From contig CAJINV010000001.1 of assembly GCA_905178155.1 (NCBI GenBank), positions 11,949,832 through 12,013,831 of the forward strand: 64,000 nucleotides of DNA, given 5' to 3'. Shown here piece by piece: positions 12,407 through 26,400 of this stretch. This DNA is from Amoebophrya sp. A120. Its lineage: Eukaryota; Protista; Dinoflagellata. Every line of letters begins with the position of its first letter. Positions within the stretch are counted from its first letter, which is position 1. A model generated the notes under the pieces. The model was not told the DNA's origin and made no database searches. It saw only the letters and a list, made by a program, of their open reading frames with translations. The translations under genes were made by a program, and so were the position numbers.

Positions 12407-14612
12407 ATGGCAACGCAGCAGCATTTGAACACAGACTACTTCGCTCGGGATGCGAGCAAAGTGGGCGACGGCAGTCAGACACAGGAGGGGTACCTGGAGG
12501 TGCTCCCGAACCGACTTTACTGGACCTGTTTGTCCGGAATCCCGAAGAACACAAGTACGCACCATTTCTTTTCCATCGACAACGAGTTGGTGTACGAGCC
12601 CTTCTTTGCGGATTTCGGACCGCTGAATCTGTCCAGCACCTACCGCTACTGCAAATTGGTGAAGGCCATCCTCGATGACCCCCAGCTCGCCAACAAAAAG
12701 ATCGTGCACTACTGCTCCCAGGACCCGAAGAAGCGCCCGAATGCCGCCTATTTGATCGGCGCGTTCCAGGTCATGGTGTTGAAGCGAACCGCAGAAATCG
12801 CCTACAGACCGTACTTGATTCTCGCTTTTATTTTCTGTCGTCCATTCAATTGGTCGCTCTTTCTTAAGATGGCGTTTGGAGCGCGACCATGCTGGCTGAA
12901 CGATTTTGATAGAGAATGAATGTCCGTGTACCTCAATTTCGCAACTGTATTCATATATAAATCCAGGTTTAACAATATCCGTCCGCCGTTTCTGCCGTTT
13001 CGGGACGCAACGTGTGGTGTCTGTAACTACCACTGCACGGTCTTGGATTGCTTGAAGGGATTGGAGTATGCCATGCGCATTAGATGGTTCGACCCGAACA
13101 CGTTCGACGTCGCCGCATACGAATTCTATGAAAAGGTACGTTTGTCACTTTGTCTACGGGTCTTTCGACATTTTTTTTTCTGTGTGCCCTTGGTGGAACG
13201 TGGCTATTTTCTAACTCTTTTATTCCTGTACCTATGAAAAATCGACAAATCAATTATATCGAATCAAAAATCAGGTCGAGCATGGTGATATGAACTGGGT
13301 GATGCCGGATAAATTTTTGGCTTTCGCGGGTCCATCTGCCACGCCTATCGATCCCGATGGTATTGTTGCTTTTTGGCGTCTTCTTTTTGCACGGATGAGA
13401 AGTTCAGCTGAGCGTGATCATCGAGCAGCTTTACAACGATGTCATTGCTATTGCGAGTAAGAAAGCATATGATATCGACGTAGAAATCTTTTATTTCCTG
13501 ATGCGACCACTCTAGTGCGACATGAGATTAAAATTCGAATCATCCTGTCACACTCTAGGTTTTCCGGCCTTCACTCCGGAGGACTATGTTCCCATGTTCA
13601 AGTCTGCTAACGTCAACATGGTGGTCCGCCTGAACAAGAAGCAGTACGACCGCAGGCGTTTCACAGATCACGGCATTAAGCATGTGGACCTCTACTTTCT
13701 GGACGGGTCGTGTCCCAGCCGGGAAATCATCCAGAAGTTTCTGTACGTGGCCGAAAGCGAACCCGGCGCGATCGCAATCCACTGCAAAGCAGGGTTGGGC
13801 CGAACCGGAACCCTGATTGGCTTGTACGCCCAGAAGCACTTCCAGTTCCCGGGCCGCGCTTACATCGGCTGGAACCGAATCTGCAGACCAGGAGCAATTC
13901 TTGGTATGATTTTTGCTTATAATGATTAGGCACTACAGACAGTGGTAGTTCATGGCGAGTAGATTCGAAATCTGGAGTTTTCCTTTTTCTGGCTTTTGCG
14001 GGCGAAAAAAGTTTTTTTCAGTGCGGAAAGCCGAAGGATAAATATCCATAGAAGTTGTACAACAAGAGTGATGGTTTGAATAGGTCCATACCAACAACCA
14101 TCACAGGCCCGCAGCAGCAGTTTTTGACAGAAATGCAGAACGAGATGATTCAGCAGGGCATTGCGCACCGAGCAAACCTGATGGGTCAACCAAGAAACCA
14201 GGAGGAGTTGCAATTGCGAAGAGAACTTGAGGAAGCCGAGAGACGCGAGGATGTGGGACAAGGTAATAGATTTGTCTACTCAATGATTTTTTCCCCGGCG
14301 GAACAATGATACGAATCACGTGTGAACAAGCACGGCACTGACTGAACAGATGCTGTGCGCCGGACCGTCGGTGCGCGGTTTTTCTGATTTTGATTTTCTT
14401 TCTGCCCACCTAGAAGCGAGCACGCATGTTGATTTTCTTTCTACCAACAAAAAACAGGTGACCGTCTGACCGCTGCAAAAAGAGACATGTACCCGGGATT
14501 TGGCGGTTTGAAAATGGGAGGGTTTTCATCGGGCAAACTGATGGGCCGTCCGCCGAAGCCGCTACGGGGCATGTTTGGTCCGCAGCCACCAGCAATGCTC
14601 AGCCCCGCCTGA
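12407..14612 (+). CDS. CDC14: Dual-specificity protein phosphatase Cdc14, 6 exons
   Basis: YEPFFADFGPLNL, PFRDA, EHGDMNWVMPDKFLAFAGP, VVRLNKKQYD, catalytic HCKAGLGRTG, RPGAILGPQQ; GT-AG introns 12811-12966, 13136-13274, 13360-13558, 13904-14106, 14263-14457. Confidence 0.96.
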
Positions 14613-16618
14613 GTCCGGTGGTTACGTGAAAAAAATATAATATGCGTTCACCATAATATGCCGTAACTTAAGGTTTCTCGTTCTATCGCAACTAGAAAGA
14701 CAGATATAGAAAATTCTTTAAGACTTCACTATACGCAGATTCCGTTTTTACAAAAGTCATAGGCCCTCAATTTGAGATCAGTTTCAAGTTTCTAGTCGAG
14801 TATTCTCAACAATATTCTAATTAGCAACACAGCCGAAATTTTTCTCATAATAGTTTGTAAAAAGTTTTTGTCATAGTGGAGGTATTTGCATAGGTTTCAT
14901 AGGCTTCAAAACACTGTACACCTGTTTGTTTATAGATTTTTTCGATCGATGTCTTTTTCGATACTTGCCACACACATTTTTTTTTAGTGCAAAGTAGTTT
15001 AAGACAGTCTCTGTTTCTAGTGTCGTATTTCCGTTTGCAAAATTTATCACTTTTCTTCTGTATGATTGTTTTTTCAGTTTCGATGTCATATTTACGTTTA
15101 TTTTCTGTTTTTCGCTTTCTTTCTAGCGCTCGACCCTCAACAGCCATACCCTCACCCACCCTTTTTTCGATGAGTAAGGTCCGACCCGAAAATTCAATCA
15201 CCACCCCTTTCCCCCACCCGCGTCCCGCTTCACTCGCGAATTTTGTAGTTTTTCCCGATGGTATACCCGCAGTTGTTTTAGCACTTAGAGAAGAAGTGTA
15301 GTTCTAGCACGCCGTAGTGTCCATATTGCGTTAACCATCTTACTGCACTGGCATTAGGTAACGTCTAAGTTTCGACTGCAATGCAGTGAGGCTCGGCCTC
15401 TGTCAGAACGCCTCTAGCTTCCACAATTCGAGAGTTGGTTCCATCACGACCAACGTCCTACTCTTTAGCTTTTTACTTTGATGAGACTTTCGATTTGTGT
15501 GTCCACCGGTCGTCGAGTTTTCAACGTATTAAGTTATTCTTGTTTACGAAACAGCCCAGAAATTAAATGAGCCTACTAGTAGTCACAACAAGCAAATCAC
15601 AACCACCGTAAAAGTAGGCTCCGCCACGAAGACGTAAAAATTCACACTGTAAAAGTTAACTTTTACAAAAGTAAGAGGAGGAGAAAGTAAGTGCTATAAA
15701 ATTTGATAAATCATTCTCGTTTTATCCGGTACGTTCCACTAGCGCGGGTCAGGAAGACATACAATATTTTTGGAGCCTGTCTCAACGACACGAGTTGGTA
15801 GGCAGGTTCTGAGAAGGGATATGACAGGGAGGCCAAGCTACTCAAATATTCCCCAGCGATACAGATTTTTTTACCTTCACCACTCCGACTCCTTTTCAAG
15901 CAATTTTGGTGCAAGTAAGTACAGTCATTCGATCATAGGGAATCATCTCGTTTTACAATGTACAAGAACAGTTGATTGCCATAGGCTTTTTTACGGGAAC
16001 AGTAGATTGTAAACTCCTGGGCGCATCGCGATAACTCGAGGATTCTTCACATTTTATATGTACACTGCTGCACCAATAATCGCAATAGAAATTGGCTGCT
16101 TCAAGCGGAAAAAACTCGCGGAAGAGCAGTGCCACTGAGCAGAAGAGTGATGTTCTAAGTAGTCCAATCCCCGGCGGCGCCGAAAAAAAGCTCCAAAATA
16201 GCTACTACATGATGATCCGAGATACTAAGAAGTAGACGAGCAGTTGTTTGGAACATTGCGGAGCAAAAAATTGAGAGGAAGTTCACACCTCTCAGCATTC
16301 CTAAGGTTTATCATACATACACCTTCACCTCGGTTTTGGGGCTCTTTACGAGCCAAGGGACATCAATCACTGATACCGTCTACATGAGAAGTTCCGTTCT
16401 TTTGCCCCTAGATGTGCGAAACGAAAATGCTTGATGAAGATTTCCAGCCGTCCATGACTGACTATGTAGAATTGAAGGAGGTAAAAGAAAAAGCATTGCT
16501 GTGTTTCGCTTAGTTTCTTTCTAAAAAACTGCACAATGAATTTAGTTCTAGTATCTCAGACTTTGTTCTAAAAAATCTTGCCAATCTGAACATCCAAAGC
16601 GTTCCGTTCCTCTCCAAA

Positions 16619-18949
16619 ATGACGGACACCTCCAGCTCGTCCTCGTGCTTCGAGGGCTGCTTCAGCTTTCTGGGCTCCAGCACGAAGAGCACCTCCATGA
16701 TAAGTTCGGGAATAAGTGCGTCGGCGTCCTCCCCGAGCTCTGCAAGCACGTCGCTCCTTCCGCCCCTGAATATGGATCCACCGACCAGAACCAGAAAAGC
16801 GGGAAAAGTGTCCGGGAAGGTGCGACTCCGTCCGGACGTGGAAGCGGACGTGGTCAAAGATCTGAATCTCCCCCCCGGAACCGCACCCGAGTCTTTGTTC
16901 GACGAGCCACTGTTCCTCAGTTTGATGGAAAAGCTGATTGGGCAAGCCAAGTACTTGCAGAACAACCCAAAAGCGGGCGTCATACCACAGGAAGAGCGCG
17001 CAGCGAAAATCGTGGTCGACGCTCTGAGGCCGTACTCCACGGAAAAGGGCGGGCCGTTACAGATCGAGGTAGCCGCGATAGTACTGTTTGTAGCGTCGGA
17101 GTCTGTTCGAGAAATCAACACGGTAATCTGGAAAAGCGAAAAATGGAAAATTGAAATTATGCGCTCTCACTTATAGTCGCCTCACTCTGGTGATTTCCGC
17201 ATCAGAAGCAGAATGAGCTTCCGCTTAGTTCGTGACTGTGCAGAACCGCTTAGTTATCACACCTTCCACCCTCAGTATCTGACATAGGTACTCACCGCTC
17301 TACTGCGCACGCGCCGCCAGCGCCAAGCATGCTTTCGCTCCGCCCTCTTTCTCAGCTGCCGCCGAAGAGCCATAAATCGTAATTTGCCTGATCATGATGA
17401 TGATCTTGATCCGCACTCCTACATCGCTTACAACTTCTCAGCATGTTTGCGCAGCAGTGGCCTAAGGATACTTCTCATCATGGCCACTTGATGTGTTTCT
17501 CTGAAGAAGATCGGGAACAGTACAGCAACATCAACATCTCCCCCCACCCTTCACTCAGGTCCTCACCTACGTGCCAAAAAGGCCGAACGTGAAGATTACC
17601 TACCCTTCTAGCACCAAATCAAAACGGACGGTGGGTTTCGTGGGGTCGCACTTCGACGTCGTGCCTGCCAACCCCGAGGAGTGGGCGCGCGACCCATTCA
17701 AACTCACCCGGGAGGGGGACAGACTGTACGGGCGTGGCACCACCGACTGCCTGGGCCACATCGCACTGGTCACCACGTTTATGAAGTTCTTGGCGGCGAG
17801 CAAGGTGCAACTGGACATGAACGTGGTCTGCGTGTTCATCGCGGCAGAGGAAGGCGGCGAATTCGGGGTCGGGGTGGACAAAGTCCTGGAGGACGGAAAA
17901 TTGGAGGAGCTGAAAAACGGTCCCGTCTACTGGATCGATTCGGCAGACTCTCATCCCTGCTGCGGCACTTCCGGCGTCACACAGTGGGAGCTCAAAGCGA
18001 CCGGTCGCCTCTTCCACAGCGGCTTGCCGCACAAGGGGATCAACGCGATTGAGCTGGCGAGCGAAGCCGTCAGCGAAATCCAGCGAAACTTCTACAAGGA
18101 CTTCGGTCCAGTCTCGGAGCAGGCACGATACGGGTATAAGATTTTTCATGCAGGGTGGATACCTCGGCTTCGAAAACACTTTTTGCCAATTTGCGAATTC
18201 TGCGTGAGTTTTTGAACCAATTTCATCACCAAATCCCACAGGTTCACGGTTGGTAGCACGATGAAGCCGACACAGATTTGCTGTTCCGAGGGCAGCCTGA
18301 ACCAGATCCCGCCGTGGTGCAAGATCAGCGGGGACATTCGGCTGGCGCCCTTCTACGATATTCTCGAGACCATGGATCGTGTGGAGAAGTACGTGGAGCA
18401 CATTAACACGAATCTCGAGTCGCTGCAGACCCGCGGTCCCCACTCGAAATACGACATTAGCGCCACAGCGCCGGAATCGGAAATGCAGCGGGGTACTGTC
18501 GAGATTAGCTGGGGCCAGAGCAAAAAGAACGCGCTGCTGTATGCCGGAATCGCGTGCGAGCTGGAAAGCCCAGGGCACAAAGCGCTAGTGCAGGCCACGG
18601 TGGAAGCTAAAGGTACTTGCAGAGATTGAAATCTAAGAAAATTTTTTCTAGGCGGATTAAGCACAGCAGCTGCACCGAAATCATGATAAATTCATACGAA
18701 TTCCAGTTCGAAATATTTCCTACAAAAATAGGTCAAGAAAACTGCAAGCCCTATTCCATCACGGGGTCCCTGCCCCTGGTCGCTTTGATGCAACGGCAGG
18801 GCTTCGACTTGCAGCTGGATGGCTTTGGACTCATGAGCGTCTACCATGCCGTCAACGAGTACTGCCTACTCTCCGACATCCGTAAGGGGCACGAAATTCT
18901 AGTGCGCATCGCATGCTTGCTGAACTCCGCCAAGCCGGCTAGCAAATAG
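16619..18949 (+). CDS. argE: M20 family metallo-hydrolase, acetylornithine deacetylase-like, 4 exons (start may be the later ATG at 16772)
   Basis: GSHFDVV, LYGRGTTDCLGH, IAAEE, GRLFHSG, NAIE, SVYHAVNE; GT-AG introns 17069-17558, 18134-18241, 18613-18731. Confidence 0.88.
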
Positions 18950-20209
18950 GGCGGGGACGATGAATTTCATCGGCTTCTCCAGGATGCGGTTCATCATCTT
19001 CTGCCGCGGCTGTGGTTCCTTCGTGCGCTGGAAACTATCGACTGAGCTGCGAGGAGTGGTTTTCCGTGTAATTATTTCCAGCTCTGCCACGGCTTTTCGT
19101 TTTGGATACAGGGTCCACACTGACCCCCAGGCGGGTCTAGCGAAAAGAAAAACTTCTACCACGTGGCTCGCAGGTTCGAAGACAATTTTTATAGGCCTGT
19201 TTTTCAGCAAACACGCGGTTCGCTGTCATCTCTTTCGCGGTTTATTTACCGAAGCACAGCTTCTTTGTGGTGGCAAGAAACGTGAGGATGCCAAGCAGGT
19301 GAGGTCGACCTCGAGAGGTTTCACTGAAAGAGTACGCATTGAAAGCAAAAACGCAGCGCGGTTTCAATTTCAATTTGAAAACAAGCGAGGAGAAGAGGGG
19401 GAAAGTTCACAGGTATGCAAATGTAGATGGCTTGATACTATGCCGGTGCAGTTACTGCAGATATTAGATATAAACAAGATCCGTGGCACTGGCACCTACT
19501 GAGGTTGTGGAGTAGCGTAGCCGATTTTTGCAGCTTTTGCTTGAGAGGAAATTTTGTTCCAAAACTAAAATCTACTACAAGCGCGTTTTGACTGGCTGGC
19601 AGCGCTTTAATAGCTCTATAACCATGCAGTATGCGAGACGACAGACTCATCCATGAGATCATTTGCTGATCTTGCTGCTGAAATTCAAATTGATTCAAAT
19701 TGCCAAAGTGAGTTTTATCCAGAAACGTGTAAGAATGCGAGTACCTCATCTGCAGCTTTTAGACCACCGTTTGAGTCAGGACGGATTTTTCCCGCGAGCT
19801 TCGAAATCACAAAAACCCACCACCAGGCAGGGGTTTTCGAAGTAGTTGTCTACTTATTCGTTTGGGCAGCAGCAGCGAATAGTAAACTCTCTTTTAACCA
19901 CGCTTCTACACTGATCAGTATTCTTTGTTTCCGCCTTGGCCGTAGCAGCTTTGAATACCATCCACTTACCTGGTCAATTTTTGTCGCTTGATTATCTGTA
20001 ACAAAGCATTTTTGTCGCGATACATAAAGATTGCATTCTGCACAGAGTGTTGCACCTCCTCCACAGAAGTGTTGCACGCAAGAACGAGACCGCTTCAATC
20101 GTCATCTTTCCAATTTAGGAATTGCAGTCAGAGTGAGAGTCTAGTTCTAGATTCTGTGACAGACTTTGATTTCCCGTGGAAGTCGAGCAAAAAAAAACCT
20201 CGCACGAAA

Positions 20210-20785
20210 ATGGGCAAGCACACCGGTGTCGTGGCCAAGTGGCTGAACCACAAGGGAATCGGATTTATCACCCCGGACGACAGTGCGGACGGTGGCGACG
20301 TGCTGGTGCACTTCGGCTCTATCAAGCAGGGCGACGGGGACGGTTTCAAGTCTCTGGAGGAAGGGTCCAAAGTCGAGTTTGATCTGGATGACGACCCGAA
20401 GAACCCGGGCGAGAAGAAGGTGGCTATCAACGTGACCGGGCCGGGCGGCGCGGACTGCGAGCCGAAGACCCGCAAGGGCAAGGGAAAGGGTATGTTGCCG
20501 TGTTCAGGTGTCACTTTTCCAAGCGGTTACATCCACTTTTCGCCTGTTAGTGATGCGAGAAGAGAAGTGAGCAGTCAGTTACTCTTGTATTTCAAATTTT
20601 TTTTGCGCAATCATATCATACTGCCAAGAACGGTTCTTGGAAACTGTGCATCGCAGTTGGTGAAAGAGAGGATGTCATTGTTGAGAAAGGTAACATCTGC
20701 GAGGTTCATAGAATGCAAGGGCAAGGGAAAGAAGGGTAAGGGAAAGGGAAAGAAGGGCAAGAAGGGGGATGATGACGAAGAGTAA
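20210..20785 (+). CDS. Cold-shock domain protein with a Lys/Gly-rich tail, 2 exons
   Basis: [50 protein letters not shown]; stop-free GT-AG intron 20490-20711 (222 nt) explains the read-through ORF. Confidence 0.92.
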   Translation: MGKHTGVVAKWLNHKGIGFITPDDSADGGDVLVHFGSIKQGDGDGFKSLEEGSKVEFDLDDDPKNPGEKKVAINVTGPGGADCEPKTRKGKGKGMLPCSGVTFPSGYIHFSPVSDARREVSSQLLLYFKFFLRNHIILPRTVLGNCASQLVKERMSLLRKVTSARFIECKGKGKKGKGKGKKGKKGDDDEE

Positions 20786-23460
20786 ACGGAGCAGTTTACA
20801 ACTTTGGTTTTTTCTTCATCTTGGTGCAAGAAAAAAATGGATCGCTTTAACTAAGTGATCGCTTGCCGTTGCAAATGCAATTAGACGACTACGTTTTTTT
20901 GCGTAGCGGTATTTCAACGCTTATGTCAGTTATACCTTTGAAACTTTTAGTTTTACTTACTTGTTAACTCGAGACGTCATCACTTTAGTCACAAGAGCTA
21001 CAACAGTAGTTCGAATGTGTGTGGTCAACAAACAAAATCTTTGCATTCTCTTCAATGACGAACGACCCAGTCAAAGCACTGCAGACAAGATCGATGTTTT
21101 GAGCCCAAGATCTTTCGTGGTACTCAGATATATCAACCTGATACCTCTGATAGATTCTTTTTTTGAAGTACCAATACCTGTAACAGTGCCTATGGCACTT
21201 CCAAAAACTACAAAAATTTCCTTGAAATATAACTGTAGTAAGCACTTATCAACAACACTTACACGATTTAGTTCACGTGAACTCAATCAAATCGTACACC
21301 ACAATGAAAAGAAAGATGCGGAAATATTCGAAATACTGCACGCGCTTGTTTACATCTGCCAGTGTCCTGACGTTGCATACTTGCGCCCCGCGCTGATAAC
21401 CGCCATTCACAGGTACTTTCACTAGGTGCCGAAAGAACAGAACCGGCAACGTGCAGCTTCTTGCAGTGGGCAAACAAATCGAGAAAAATGTCATTCCAGA
21501 CCCCTCTAGTATCTATGCGCGTCGCCTTTCGTATGAACAGCGACATCATCACGTGATACAGAGGAAGTTATTGGTGCAGTTGAATGATATTTTAGAAAGG
21601 CCAGTTTAGGATGTCTGGAAGCACCACCGTGCGCTTCCTTGCATCCAAACGAGCTTCAGGTTCCTAGGGTTGCTGGGAGAGTAGAGGTATGACACAATAT
21701 TTGCAATGGCGATTTGCAGCGTAGAGGTCTCCTTTCTCGCCCATGCCTGCAAACACGATATTTGTATGGGAGGACCAGCTTCTCCCTCTGTATTTGTCCA
21801 ACCTGAGACATCTGGTATATTAAAGAGAGCCGTGTACGTGTTTGTTGTTTCACTGCGTGATATCATACTTCCAGGATTCCGAAGTAAGTACATAGGCAGA
21901 TGAGGCGACGCCTTTGTAGCATAGCTGTGGACAGATGAAGTCATACGTTTCTATCTTCGAGGCAGATGAGGCGAAGCCTCCATAGATAAAGGAAGTGTCA
22001 GTAATATAATTCCGAAGAGGCAGAGGCGCCGCCTCCTGGGAATTCTTGTAGACTTCTTGAGATCCACAGTCTAAGAAAATCTTCGGGACGGCGTTCGCTT
22101 TGATATACGCATTATTTTTACTTTTATTCCGTACATTATCATTAGTACCGCACCAGGTGTATGATCATGGTTGTCATCTGACCAGGCTGCTAAAATGCTA
22201 CGAAACTATAAGTTGAAAAAATAACTTACGACTCGTGATAGATTCTGCAGCAGACCTATTTTCCGAAAGCTAAAATTTGCTCGCTGCATCTGCAGCTGAA
22301 ATCGATAGCGACGAATGTAGTTGATGTGCACACCAGGACCGAGGGCTGGATAAGTCTTCACAGGTCCAGATATACTGCCCTCGTCTGAAATCAATGGAAG
22401 GTTGTCTTGTTTAGACCGAAGTAAGCCTGACGTTCAGTTCTAGAATTTGGCATAGGTCACTTCGTATAGGTAAGGCTACCGCACCAGATGGAGACTACAA
22501 AGCACTTTGCTTGTTCGATTCGGGGAGAGTTAGGATATCTGGTATTGGCCTGCATGTGCATCGCGACACAAAAACAGGCGACGTCGCGAAACTCGTTCGC
22601 ATGCTATGCTATGCACGATAATACAAACTGTACAATAGTGCGGTTTTCGACACTGCAAGCGGCAAATCGAGAAACTGCATTTGGTATGTTGCTTTTCCGA
22701 TAAAAGCACCAATTTCCAATATGTACGTTTATGCTGAATTTGTCTGATTCGTAGGTTTCAAAAAAACTTGAAAAACATATCTCCTTGCCGACCGCGACCC
22801 GGTGTGGTGATCACGACTCACACTTGTCAGTAAAGTTCGACAAGACACAGAACTCAGTGGATTGTTCGCTCGCAGCACGTTGTTTCGTCCTTCGGGGGCT
22901 ATAGTCTGAACGACACATTTTATCTGGGTTCATCGTGAAACAAGGTGTAGCCAGGATCGTCGGTTTTCGGCCATAGTTGCGGCGTGGATTTCGATCTTTC
23001 ATTTTGGTGTCGGTCTTAAGAATGTCCGCTTCGTTGCTGTAAATTAATGGTCGACGACAACCCAGTCTAGATCGTTCATCGTATCGGTATCGCATTTTTC
23101 ATCTCAGTTTTCTTGCATTAGTTTCTAGATTTGCGATTTTCGTTTTCCGTATTAATTTCTCTTGAATGAAACACCTGAATTTGGACATCTAGGACTTTTT
23201 TGAATCAACGAGTATGGCTTCGTATTTTTTTTGTTTGAATTATGTTGCTAATGCTATGGATAAGATTTGTTCCAGAAGATCTATCGAAGATAAGTATTTT
23301 CACTCGCTAACTACGGATGCGCGGCTTCTTCACTTTTTCAGATTGGGTTGAGTCAGCATCTGTGCACCCTGTTGCGTGGGCAGCTTGACATGGACGTTGT
23401 GCACAACTACAACTGCATTGAGCGAGCGGGTCAGTTTGTGTTTTGACACAACCGAAAATT

Positions 23461-26400
23461 ATGAGTACGCCGATCGGAGGAGAGGCGATGTACCCGCCAA
23501 ACTCAACTAGTCCACTGGAGCCGCAGTTCATCTACAACAGTTCCGGATCCCTTTTGCGGCAGCGCATTAGCAACAACAGTGCGAGCGAGAAGCGTCCGGA
23601 AAAGCGGCCGAAGCGGTCCATTCCTGCCAGCGTGGCGACGACTTTGCACTTTCCTGTACTGACGGCCGGAAACCTGCTCGGGGCAACTACAGGGAGTCAA
23701 CAGCAACAGCCGAGTGCGGGTTCATCTTCATCTTCATCTTCTTCCGCATCCTCCGGCACACCAGCGTTTGGCGGGGAAGCAACAACAAATGACAACCACT
23801 CCGCAACGAGTAGCAAACAGAGTTTGTTTCCTGCGAAAGACCACCGTCAGTCGGAAGCTGGAGCGAATGGTCGAAATGCAGCATCCGCTTCATTTTGTTC
23901 TGGAGCTCTGGACGGGACTCTGTCTTCGACAGAGTTCGTCGGCACAAGTTCCAGTTCCTCGTCCTCTGGTGCGTTTTGTTCGTCGCGGGTAGAGCAAGAG
24001 CTACACCCCCCACCGTCCGCGGAGGATGACAGCGCTGCGCAGGAACGATCTGAAACATTTAACAACGCCATGCAGCCGGACAGCAGCGGAACGATCAGTG
24101 CTATGGAAACTGTAGTTCCAGGTCCTTCATCAAATTATCGCAACAGACTCGAAGAACGAGATCACGGACGACTACGTCCGACCGGGCAGCAATCCAGCGA
24201 GGATCATTCATCCGGAGAGAGTTCCCTGTACCCAAGCACGCTGTTGCAAGACGATACGTACTATCAATTGTAAAAATGTCTGGGTCTGGAAGATTGGAAC
24301 TTGTGATGCTACCTTTGGACTCTACATAAAATCTCTATTGCATGAACAGCAAAAGAGGTGTAATTTGTGCTACGCAGAGAAGGCATTTCTCATGCGGTAT
24401 GAGCATCAGAAAGCCCTTGCAAAATCTCTGATGCTAGGGCATGCATCACAGACCTCATGGGGCATGCGGTCTTTGTGTCGCTTTGGTTTTCTAGGTGCAA
24501 AATATGCATGACAAACTCCTCAGTACGTGCGCGAGGTGGTCGTGAGGGATTGCGATAAACAAAACCTTTCTGCTTCAAATGTATGCAAGCACGAGCGCAG
24601 ACGTGAATGTGGCTAGCTCCGTCGGAGCTCTCGCGTTTTACCTTTCGGCTATTTCTGTGTTCTTTCTTTGCTGTGAGTATGCCTATGAGAGAAGTTTTAA
24701 GTAGTGGTGTTAGTTATTGTATATTAGTACTTTAATCCACGTATTTTTCGCGTGGTTGTCCTAGGTGAGCTAGCACCCGTGTCCGTGGACAACCATCTAA
24801 GACGCGGAAAATAGCGAGCACTTTAGTTTTTGGCTTTCTCTGGTTTGGTCATGATTTTTGGACCGCTTCTTAGGGTGGTCGAGAAAGCCAGACTAAAGAC
24901 GGCACGGGCAGAAGTGGATCGGTATACGCGCGCGCTAGCTTATCGTAGTTATAGTTTAAGTTGCTTAGTTTTTTGGGTTTTATAGCGAGAACTAGCTTCT
25001 GGACGTGACCATGGCGACCCCTCCGGCTTGAAGTACGCGGACACTTTTTTCCCATCTTGGGGTTTGTGATGTAGTTGCTTCGCCGTTACTGCTTGGTCAT
25101 GACCCTTGGTGTTTGTGTTGCATTTTCTCGGTCCTTGTGACTGCCCTTCAAGAGGGCAACTACATCGCATCTTTCCCCTCTTACAGATGGTTTCTTTCGT
25201 AGTTGGGACTGTGTCATAGTAGGATGATTTACCGCTTTTTTACTATTCTTTTCTCCCTTGACGCTGGTGCTTAGGTTTGCATACAACGTTATCCCTACCC
25301 AGATAGCAACAAATGCTCACGCCGCAGCCGTCCCAGGAGCTATCTTTTGTTGTTGTCTCTCGGTAGTGATCACTTTGTCCAAACTTATTCTACCTAGAGT
25401 TTGTCGAGTAAGTGGTTACCGTTTTAAGGTTTAGAGAACGACAGGGACGCCCAGCCCTTAGCTTCCCAACATGACAAACTCCTGCACTCTTCCAGACCCA
25501 GACATTTTTGCAATCCATACGTACTACACGCCAGGCGACGAGGATGTGGAGGGTAGGGAGATGCTACGGCAAACACTTTTGCAAGAGCGGGGTCGCGCCG
25601 CTGCGAGCGTCTTCGGACAGCAAGAGGGGCGCCCCGGTTCGGGCGGTAATAATGTAGGACATTACGACAACCTCCTCCAGCAACAGGAAGTGCCGCAACA
25701 GCAACACGGCTTTCAATTGCAATACAGAGTCAACTACCCTGCAGGAGCTCACCACGCGCATGATCAGGAAGATGTTCACGAGGATCACGAGGAAGAAGAA
25801 CCAGAAGAGCTGCACCAACACAATCGTCCTTACACGCCCGCAGACCTGGGTTTCACGCTGCGCAACGCGTTGACGCCCCCGCACACGCCGGGCAACATGA
25901 TTTCTCCCTTTGTTCCCGGAGGCGGAGGTAGCAGCATGCGGGTCCACCAACGAATCCAGGCCCAGCGGCTGTCCGCGGTTTTCGGGAACAGCAGCGTGCA
26001 GCGCAGTCGGGCTGCTGCGGTGACGCCATTATCCGCGCAAGGAGCTTCAACCGGTGGCGTGCATGCGCTGTCAGCGAACCGCGTTCCACGAATAAACCCG
26101 AACGACAGCAGACATTCTCATGGTTCATCCCAGTCATTCGAGGAAGACGGCCGGGCTGGTAGCCTGTTTCGAAACTCCCTTTTCAGTTACCAGACCCCGG
26201 GGTCCGGCACCGGTGCAGTCCGGCGAACGCAGTACCTCGACCCGGTGTCAGAGCAGGACGAAGACTTCGAGCGACCTGGTGTCATTTCGGGGCGAAATTC
26301 CCTTGAGCAATCGTTTTCGTTCCGCGGAAGTGCGTTTTTGGTCCCAAATGGTGATGAAGATCGTACTGCAGTTGCAGGAGAAATACAACATCATTCGCAG

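Noticed and set aside
20961-21560. 154-aa + strand ORF
   Set aside because: Non-ATG start in the track, atypical codon usage and no motif; at most a decayed gene.
24476-25443. Solo LTR nested in the long introner
   Set aside because: TG...CA ends with a 5-bp inverted match but no flanking target duplication; not called as a feature.
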